28,358 nucleotides of DNA from positions 1-28,358 of IMG/VR virus record IMGVR_UViG_3300024235_000003. One strand, 5' to 3'. This document shows, one piece after another, positions 1-8,000 of the stretch. The notes beneath the pieces are model-generated. The model was not told the origin of the DNA, ran no database searches, and was given only the letters and a program-made list of their open reading frames with translations. Numbering within the stretch: position 1 is the stretch's first letter; every line of letters begins with the position of its first letter. The translations under genes and the position numbers were made by a program. The stretch is from a virus. Taxonomy: Duplodnaviria; Caudoviricetes.

Positions 1-2
1 TT

Positions 3-2580
3 CAGATCCAATAGCACTGTTTGATTGCTGTCATGACCTCTGTCTCCAGTGCTTTCAAAATGTACTAACGATGTACTGGCATTGGAATTGCCAGTGTGTG
101 TCATGTGTATCAGACTACCGGTTGTTAGTTTGTCTGCTGTGGTGTTGAGCACGTCCCCTGTGGTCAGATCATCAGCATGTACGTTGATCACATCAGCATT
201 GATATTTTTGGCATTGATGTCAAGCAGTTGTTTGTCCGTGTCCTCGTTGTTGAGTTGCACCAGCGGTACATTGTACGCACCACTACCTGAATTGTTTGTC
301 ACCTCCAGTGTGGCAGCAGGTGTGTCTTCACTATCACCAATGCTGATTCTGTTGACCGATGTATCAACAAACAACATGTGTGTTTCATCGTCTGATTCGA
401 CTCGAAAATCTGTGTCACCTCTACCGTTTTCGTTTACTACAACTTCTGACCCGTCACCGTACACAATGAAAGCGCTTGCTGTGGTGGTACTCTCCACACG
501 AAAATCTAGATCTATCGAGTCTTCATTGACCACCACTTCTGCCTGTGTGCCTACTCCTTGTGGTTCTGTAGTGTTTACTTGCCCTCCGATGCTCAACATG
601 TTTCTCAACTGAGCCGGTCCCCCGTCAGTGGCTTGCACCATAAAATTGAGCACTCCACTCGCTTCATTTTGTTGAATGTCAGTGGCTCGGGCGCTGATGG
701 CCGCGTACACGGTGTCTGCGTGATTGGAATCATCACCTTCAAATGTTATCGTGCCCAGATCCATGTCCTTCGCGGGATTATTGCTGGATCTCTTGAAATT
801 TAACAATGCTGGTGTGTCATGTGCAGCGTTGCTGTTGCGTAACTCTAACAACGGGTTCTTGTCTGCTGCTGTTGATTCAAATCGTATCGATTCTTTGGAT
901 CCGCTGGCGATCGCATCATTCTTTATATGCAACAATCGCGCACCAGTGGCAGCTGTGTTGTCGTTCATGATTTTAACAAGATCACGATTTCCTGTGTCTC
1001 CAGAGTTACTATGTAGATTTGCTATCGTGCCGGTGATCAAATCGTCCACACCTGAGATATCCAGCGCTGTACCGGTCGTGATTTTATTGGCATCAATCTC
1101 AGCCACCACTCCGGTGGTCTGTTCTGAATCTATCCTGAACGCACGGGCGTTCGCATTGGATGTGGTGTTGAAATCAATATCTACACCGATACTAGCCGCT
1201 GAACCAGCGCGGTCTCCATATTGTTGAATCAACATTAGTGTGCCAGCATCGTCACTCGTGTGAGTGTCTTTCACATTCATCCCGGTGCCAGTTGTACGGC
1301 TGTCGAATCCAATCTCCAAACCAGTACCGGTGGTCATGTCTGATGCGCTCACGGTCATGGCCGTGCCAGTTGTGACACGTTGAGCGTCAACTTCGACTAC
1401 TGTACCAGTTGTCTGTTCTGAATCGATTCGTAACGCGCGAGCAGCTGGGTTGGCTGTGGTGTCAAAATTGATGTCTAGTCCGATGCTGGCTTGTGTACCA
1501 TCACGATCACCAGCCTGTTCAATCTTGACCAACGCTCCTGCGCTGTCCGTGGTGCTGGCATCATGTATATGCAATCCGGATCCGGTGGTGCGGCTGTCCA
1601 TGTGCATGTGCAACCCTTTACCAGTTGTGAGCGGTGTCGCGTCAATCTCGACAACCGTACCATCACGCTGTTCACTATCTATATATAGCGCGCGAGAGTT
1701 TGGATTATTTGTTGTATCTAAATTTAAATTCAGAAGTGTGCTAGATTGATCTCCGGAGCGATCACCCGCTTGTTCAAATTTTATCAAATTGCCTCCATGA
1801 TCTGATCCGTGGCTATCATATACATGTAAACCAGTACCAGTGGTTCGAGTGCCCATCAACAACTCAATCCCTTTACCGCCAGTCAAACCATCTGCATCAA
1901 TCGCCAAAACACGACCTGTTGTTATTTCACTCGCGTCAACTTCTACAGCAGTACCGGTTGTTTGCTCTGTATCGATGCGTACTGTACGAGCAGCTGTACC
2001 ATCAGTTGTGTCAAAATTCAAATCCAACAACACTGTAGAGTTTGTATCGTCACCACGATCTCCAGTGCTTTCAAGATGTACCAATGACACTTCAGATTTG
2101 TCACTACCAGTATGAGTCATGTGGATCAGACTACCGGTGGTGAGACTGTCTGCTGTGGCGTTGAACACGTCTCCTGTGGTCAAGCTGTCTGCTGTGACTG
2201 ACACAACGTCAGCGCTAACTAAATCGTCTGCGCTCACACTGATCACATCAGCATCAATGTTCTTGGCATTTATATCCAACAATTGTTTGTCTGTGTCTTC
2301 GTTGTTAAGTTGCACCAACGGTACATCAAATGCTCCACTGACTGGATCGTTTGTCACTTCTAATGTGGCTTGTGGTGTGTCTTCACTATCACCTATGCTG
2401 ATTCTGTTGACTGATGTGTCAACAAACAGCATATGATCTTCGTGGTCGGATTCTACTCGAAAATCTGTGTCTGCGTTTCCATCCTCATTAATCACCACCT
2501 CAGCTCCATCACCACTAACCACAAACGCGCCTGTGTTTGTCTCTGAACGCACCACAAAATCCACGTCTGTTTGATATTTG
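3..2580 (-). repeat. Large intragenic duplication: about 3-520 resembles about 2019-2580 (offset 2016-2055 nt)
   Basis: Matching DNA such as tgtgtcttcactatcacc and tccagtgctttcaa, and matching peptide (MLFVDTSVNRISIGDSEDTPxATLEVTN...VPLVQLNNEDTDKQLLDINAKNI) in both copies. The offset changes by 39 nt, one 13-aa unit. Confidence 0.9.
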
Positions 2581-3215
2581 TTGAACGTCACATGATCTTG
2601 TGTGTGTATTGGTTTCACCCCACTCTCAACATGATCAACGTCACGTGATTGCATCTGTAACATGTCTATTCCACCAACTCTAAAATTTATCTCGCCCTGA
2701 TCAGCTGGATATATGTCATGAATCTCCCCTACTGTATTCACATAATGTGCTGACAGATCAGAACCAAACAACATGTAAGTATCAACATCATCATTGTGAT
2801 AGATGTAATCCTCCACACCCACTTGACCTCTCACATCGAGATCGAAACTTGGGCTCTCTCCTCGATTGGCATGTGGTTGGCCATGATCCATGCCAATACC
2901 AACTCTTCCGATCTCATCAACAACAAATTTTCTAGCGAACGGACTGGCGCTGGTGTACATCACCAGCGTGCCGCTGTCGTGTATCACGATGCCGCTTGTG
3001 TCATACAAATGCAGATCTGATCGATTCAAAAACCTTAAATGTGTGTTGTCAAATGTTACATATTGAGAGTCTTTGAACACCACATTCTGTTGATGTATCT
3101 CATCTCCACTGTAGTAATCATACGGTACATAAACATACGAACCTGAATCTAGAAAAATACCGTGTTTTCTGGCAGGCCAATCATAATAACTTGTTGGTTG
3201 GTATTGGTGCGACAT
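3..3215 (-). CDS. Long repetitive tail fibre / adhesin-like structural protein (3'-truncated by window edge, at least 1071 aa; absent from ORF track)
   Basis: ATG at 3215 (MSHQYQPTSYYDWPARKHG...) downstream of CATAAATA. The frame at 3215 matches the frame read at the window edge (...HFESTGDRGHDSNQTVLLDL) and no stop was found in the segments translated. Contains GRVGIG, DTDFRVESD..HMLFVDTSVNRISIG and DLGTITFEGDD..YAAI motifs typical of phage fibre proteins, plus many xxTTG repeats. Confidence 0.75.
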   Translation of the reverse strand, partial: MSHQYQPTSYYDWPARKHGIFLDSGSYVYVPYDYYSGDEIHQQNVVFKDSQYVTFDNTHLRFLNRSDLHLYDTSGIVIHDSGTLVMYTSASPFARKFVVDEIGRVGIGMDHGQPHANRGESPSFDLDVRGQVGVEDYIYHNDDVDTYMLFGSDLSAHYVNTVGEIHDIYPADQGEINFRVGGIDMLQMQSRDVDHVESGVKPIHTQDHVTFNKYQTDVDFVVRSETNTGAFVVSGDGAEVVINEDGNADTDFRVESDHEDHMLFVDTSVNRISIGDSEDTPQATLEVTNDPVSGAFDVPLVQLNNEDTDKQLLDINAKNIDADVISVSADDLVSADVVSVTADSLTTGDVFNATADSLTTGSLIHMTHTGSDKSEVSLVHLESTGDRGDDTNSTVLLDLNFDTTDGTAARTVRIDTEQTTGTAVEVDASEITTGRVLAIDADGLTGGKGIELLMGTRTTGTGLHVYDSHGSDHGGNLIKFEQAGDRSGDQSSTLLNLNLDTTNNPNSRALYIDSEQRDGTVVEIDATPLTTGKGLHMHMDSRTTGSGLHIHDASTTDSAGALVKIEQAGDRDGTQASIGLDINFDTTANPAARALRIDSEQTTGTVVEVDAQRVTTGTAMTVSASDMTTGTGLEIGFDSRTTGTGMNVKDTHTSDDAGTLMLIQQYGDRAGSAASIGVDIDFNTTSNANARAFRIDSEQTTGVVAEIDANKITTGTALDISGVDDLITGTIANLHSNSGDTGNRDLVKIMNDNTAATGARLLHIKNDAIASGSKESIRFESTAADKNPLLELRNSNAAHDTPALLNFKRSSNNPAKDMDLGTITFEGDDSNHADTVYAAISARATDIQQNEASGVLNFMVQATDGGPAQLRNMLSIGGQVNTTEPQGVGTQAEVVVNEDSIDLDFRVESTTTASAFIVYGDGSEVVVNENGRGDTDFRVESDDETHMLFVDTSVNRISIGDSEDTPAATLEVTNNSGSGAYNVPLVQLNNEDTDKQLLDINAKNINADVINVHADDLTTGDVLNTTADKLTTGSLIHMTHTGNSNASTSLVHFESTGDRGHDSNQTVLLDL

Positions 3216-3223
3216 ATCTTAAT

Positions 3224-3231
3224 TATTTATG
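3224..3231 (-). promoter_or_regulatory. T4-type late promoter-like motif (CATAAATA), 8 nt before fibre ATG
   Basis: Minus strand reads CATAAATA-attaagat-ATG; T4 late consensus is TATAAATA. Confidence 0.6.
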
Positions 3232-3254
3232 CCGGACAGTGTCATGAAAGTAGA

Positions 3255-5027
3255 TTATGCTGGTGGGAGCTGTGGGGGTGGGTCTGCTGGTGTATCATCT
3301 GGAACATCCGGTGGTGGTCCGAAATCCGGAGGTGCACCTGGATCTCCAGCTGGGGGTAATGCTCCACCCATATCACCACTCATCGCGCCCCCTTCCATCC
3401 CCGGTTCACCTTCACCGGGTGCGGTCATACTCTCACGCCAATTTGGTCCCATGCTCTCTAGCTGAGTGAGTTCCCATTGTAATTCTTTATCTTTCTTGAG
3501 GAACGCCCGGTTGGCAACTACGTCTCTATCCGTCCACCCTAAATATTTCTTCTGACAGTATGTGTTGGATATCAACTCGTTAGTGCTCATGTTAGCAAAA
3601 TTCCCGCTTTTGACTTCGAATATTTGCTGCTCTCTTAATGCATGAAAACTGTTAGGTGCGTTGAATGTTATATGGAGATTATCCTCCCTTAGATTGTACT
3701 CATCCCACAATTCTTTCATTTTGAGCTGTGTTATAAACGTGTTTTTGAGACCCTCTGAGAATCGTTGGTGCAAGCGCATTACAAACTTCGCGAACTTCAA
3801 TTCTTCTCTCAATATCTCTGTACCATCACTATAACTAGCCTCCGCTTCTAATCTGTTGCTAGGCACCTTGAGTGCTTTGTATAATTTCTTGACGAAATAC
3901 ATTAAATCGGTCAATTCTCCCAAATTCTGACCTCCCTGCAACTGTGTCACTTCAGTGCCATTGTTTCCTGCTCTTTTGGCGAACCAAAAACTATCAAGCA
4001 TCGATTGTGGGTTGAATGCATTTACTTGCCCACCTTGATTGTTGTCAAATGTTTTACGATTCCAGTAATTGTGCATTAATTTCTTGAGATACGCTTCAGC
4101 TTTAGGTGGTGGCATGTTACCTACATCAACATTGAACACCAATTTTTCCGGTGCCCGGACAAGCCGGTAAACCACAATACTATCCTCTATCATGGTGAGT
4201 TGTCGATACGCTCTTCTAGCATTCTCAATAAATGGTAGTCTCATGGTCTTATCCTCATTCCAGATGCCACTGTTCACGTATGTTATCTGGTTTTTCTCAA
4301 ATGGTATGTATTCATATTTTTCAACCTGTTGTGTCTTTGGATTTAATATAGGTTGTCTGAACAAATACCCCTTTATCAATGTGTTTTGCACGTTGTCATA
4401 TATTGGATCTATCAGTTCAGTGGGTACTAACAATATACCTAAAATACCTTTCTCTGGATGTTCCTCATGGATGATATGTTCAAAATACACTTCTGAATCA
4501 ACAAGTATGTTTCTAAAATACTCCCAACCCTTGTTCTCCAGATCGAAATATTTGGCAATCTTGTCAAACTCTTTTGTCAGTTCAGTTTTAGCCGCCTCAG
4601 TCAGATCTGTGTCTCGGAACTCAACAGTCGCGATCTTACCAGTGTCTTCATTCACGTTGATCACATCATCACATATCTCGTCAAGTGCATCTGCCACTTC
4701 TGCATATGCGGCCATTATTCGATAATCTCTCAAGCGTTTCTCTTTGTCCAGATCAACGTTTGCATACATGAACTGATGGTAGTTTTTGTCAATAGCTATA
4801 GCACCCACACCTTGGTCGTTACTCACGACCTGTTGTGATATACTATGTTTAGCGAGCGCTACATCTCGCTTGGTTCCAGTGTTATAGAAATGTTTGAATT
4901 TTGGGTTCAAATCTTGAACACCATCCATCACATACGATTGATTGTATGGTAATTTTGATGCAACATATTGCATGAAATTACGACCGAATGTTGATCCCTT
5001 GCCACTGTTCTGTTGATAACCTGCCAT
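3255..5027 (-). CDS. gp20: T4-like portal vertex protein (gp20 family)
   Basis: Hallmark motifs YRxMAxxxEVxDALDEI, QLTMIEDSIVVYRLVRAPEKLVFNVDVGNMPPPKAEAYL, SMLDSFWFAKR..GTEVTQLQGGQNLGELTDLMYFVKKLYKALKVP and EILREELKFAKF; Pro/Gly/acidic C-terminal tail. Confidence 0.97.
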   Translation of the reverse strand: MAGYQQNSGKGSTFGRNFMQYVASKLPYNQSYVMDGVQDLNPKFKHFYNTGTKRDVALAKHSISQQVVSNDQGVGAIAIDKNYHQFMYANVDLDKEKRLRDYRIMAAYAEVADALDEICDDVINVNEDTGKIATVEFRDTDLTEAAKTELTKEFDKIAKYFDLENKGWEYFRNILVDSEVYFEHIIHEEHPEKGILGILLVPTELIDPIYDNVQNTLIKGYLFRQPILNPKTQQVEKYEYIPFEKNQITYVNSGIWNEDKTMRLPFIENARRAYRQLTMIEDSIVVYRLVRAPEKLVFNVDVGNMPPPKAEAYLKKLMHNYWNRKTFDNNQGGQVNAFNPQSMLDSFWFAKRAGNNGTEVTQLQGGQNLGELTDLMYFVKKLYKALKVPSNRLEAEASYSDGTEILREELKFAKFVMRLHQRFSEGLKNTFITQLKMKELWDEYNLREDNLHITFNAPNSFHALREQQIFEVKSGNFANMSTNELISNTYCQKKYLGWTDRDVVANRAFLKKDKELQWELTQLESMGPNWRESMTAPGEGEPGMEGGAMSGDMGGALPPAGDPGAPPDFGPPPDVPDDTPADPPPQLPPA

Positions 5028-5034
5028 TGTACAA

Positions 5035-5042
5035 TATTTATG
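5035..5042 (-). promoter_or_regulatory. T4-type late promoter-like motif (CATAAATA), 7 nt before portal ATG
   Basis: Minus strand reads CATAAATA-ttgtaca-ATG in the short intergenic gap. Confidence 0.65.
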
Positions 5043-5059
5043 CCAGTGACATCAGTTTA

Positions 5060-8000
5060 TCAATAGCTCCTGATCGTTTCAGGAGTATCACCTGTAGTAA
5101 CAGTGGAGTCAATTTGCAGCGGTGTTGTGAGTTCAGGTGTTAGAGATATCTCTCTTGAAATGGGTGTGTGTGACTCGCCCGTCATCATGGTGCCATCAGA
5201 CATAGTGTGGAATGACCCAGCGTATATCTCACCATCAACGTAACCTACAGCATTTGAGTTGGTGTAATTTTTACGATCCACTGTAACATATGATATGTAT
5301 CTAGGATTCTGTGTCTCTAGTACGAACATTTGTTTGTGTTTGTTGTTCTCGGTTACAATGGTTTGTGTGTCTATCAGCTTCACATCTTCGAACCCGGAAT
5401 CAATAGTGAAATTATCTGTCTCGATATTTATCGAGTATATCAGCTTCTTAAATGTGTTGTATACTGCAGTCAATGTGGCTGTTGTTGTGGTGTTTGAGGA
5501 GTTATCAAATGTATATTTATGTGTGAATCCAAATCTCCGCGGATCATACAAATCGCTTTGATCTGGTAAATCATTTATATCAAAGCTTAGCGCCTCTAAA
5601 CCGCTTGCTATTATTCGATCGTTCACCTGTATATCTCCACCATCACCCGGGTCGAATATCAATCGATTCACTCGGTGATCAGTACCATCTGTTGGTATAT
5701 TTTTTGTGCTCAAATTAAAGTTTAACTCAAAACTACTCAACAATCGTCCTATTGTCCCAGAGATTGATTGTGTCACATGCACGTCTTGATCTCCTCTCGC
5801 ATGCTGACCACCGGCTATTTCCACGGTATCCCACTCCCCCATTATCTGACTTCCGTCTCCAAACACCAATTCCACCGGGAGATCTGATATCAATTGATCC
5901 AGGCTACTCAAGCTATTACCCACGAGTGTATACATTTCAGGGCCTGCATCCGTGGCGGAAAGATCTACAGTCGTGCCATCATATCCATCTACCAACTGAA
6001 ACACACCACGGTAACGTGAGTGTTTTGCTTGCTGTGGGGTTGGTATCCAGTATTGATTAGGTTCCAATTCAAAATCTAATGTCAACATCTCCTCCTCCCA
6101 TTCATCTATTGGGGGTGTGTAAATCTTAACCGGATTAGTGTGATACATAAACACATTCTCTAGTGTCATCCCATTTGCATCTATCTCGAAATCACTTGTA
6201 CATACACCATGCAGTGTGATATCATCATCATTCACTAGTTTGCAGGAGTATGTGACACTGTGTAAGTTGGTGAATTCATTGAAGCATATCAACGGACGAT
6301 CAATTGATACGTATTGATACCCTATGAGATCACCTGTCAACACGAATTTACTTATATCGTTCCCAGGAGTGGGGAACGCTTGTTTGAACAGCATGGTGTT
6401 TAGATCAACATAATACAATCTAGGATATATCACACCAGTCTCATGTGTGTCAGTATGGCCAAACAACACTATATGTTTGTCAGTATCATAATATGGTCTG
6501 ATCGTGGTCTCTATCACATTATCATCCTGTGTTGTCTTTGTCAGTATTATGGGGTGACCAGGGGGTAACATGCTGGCGGTTTTTGGATCGAAATTAATCT
6601 TCATGAAGAATATATGCTTCTCAGTCTCTATCATCTGCACATCACAATACATCTGCATTGATCTTATTTTGTTGTTTGCTAATTCATTCCGGAAGTTGTC
6701 ATAATCACTGTTCTTGAACAGGCTGTAATCACGTATTAATGGGTCTATCAACTCAACAACACTCGCGATTCGTGCACTATTATATGATCTGAATAAACCT
6801 CGACCAATGGAAGCATGATTCTCTTGATATGATGTTAGTGGTGTGAATATATCCAATCCCTCTTCATCTGCATACTGTGTTTCGGATATTTGTAGAGTGT
6901 CTTGAAATAATGGTACGGTATTATCAACATTATACTCAAATTCCCCTCGAACGTCCGCGCAGTTGCTAGCAAAAGTCTCACCATCCAGGGTGCCTCTCAA
7001 TATAATCTCCCCTTCCGGGTCGTCATTACCATAAGATGTGAACCCAACATCCGGATTGAATTCAGGGTAATGTTCATTGCAATATGTATCAAATGCCTCA
7101 TTGTTATAATCCTGCGGTACTGTGTAATTCACAGTCACCACTCCACCAGACAACCTCAACTTCATATCTGATGTTATACTGGTGGTTGATCCTTTGGTTA
7201 CAGTGACACGGTTTGTATTATTGTCGCTGTTCCACTGACCTACCAACTCACTTAACACAGGCCATCGACCACCAGTTATGATTATCTCGTGTCCTGACGC
7301 TACAACGTAATCCTCACCGAGGGTGGTTATTATCAGATTCTTGTCAGCCACAAGTTGTCTTAAAGTCGAAACACCATCACCAATCAATTGTATGTCAATT
7401 GGTCCTATCTCGGTAGATCTTATACCAACCGCCGGTAATGTCACCCCACCCGTTACTCTTATCACCACATCATCCCTAGGTACCATGGTCAAATCCCCGG
7501 TAGATGTATACTCATGCGTGTGTAGTAGTTGCTCCACACTGCTCAAACTGTTACCATATATTGTGTATGTGACGCCTCCTGGTTTGGTGGCGGTCAATCC
7601 TAATGTGGTTGTACTGTTATTAGAGGTGGTATATGTACCATCATATTTACTGTAACTAGCGGGTATTACATCATAATATCTAGAATACACATTACCCTCA
7701 GTGATCATATCCGTGGTCAACTCTATACTATTGCCTATCTCACCAGGTGTCAATGCCATTAAGCCTATACTAATATCTTTTGTCAACACGCTCTCAAAAC
7801 CACCATGGAATTCATGAGATGTGGGTATGTACGTGGTGTCAACACCGATCACCACACCATCACCATCTAGTGTCGTTGATGTTGTCGCGATTACTGGTTG
7901 TATGTATGCTTGATTGTCAGTTATAGTGGTACCTGTGTATGTTACATTACCTGATGATCCGGGAAGTTGTTGAGCTAGCAATACAACCTCTCGATAATCG

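Noticed and set aside
49-2436. Several long plus-strand ORFs (187, 167, 99, 91, 105 aa) in the ORF track
   Set aside because: They are antisense shadows of the Thr/Asp/Val-rich minus-strand fibre gene: Ser/Val/Leu-rich, non-ATG starts, no promoters or motifs.
3-2580. Duplicated fibre segment as a possible DGR template/variable repeat pair
   Set aside because: Both copies are in-frame in one gene, differences look largely synonymous and not adenine-restricted, and no reverse transcriptase is in the window.
3255-3430. GC-rich Pro/Gly stretch at the portal 3' end as a foreign insert or RNA element
   Set aside because: Explained by a low-complexity disordered C-terminal tail, common in T4-like portal proteins.
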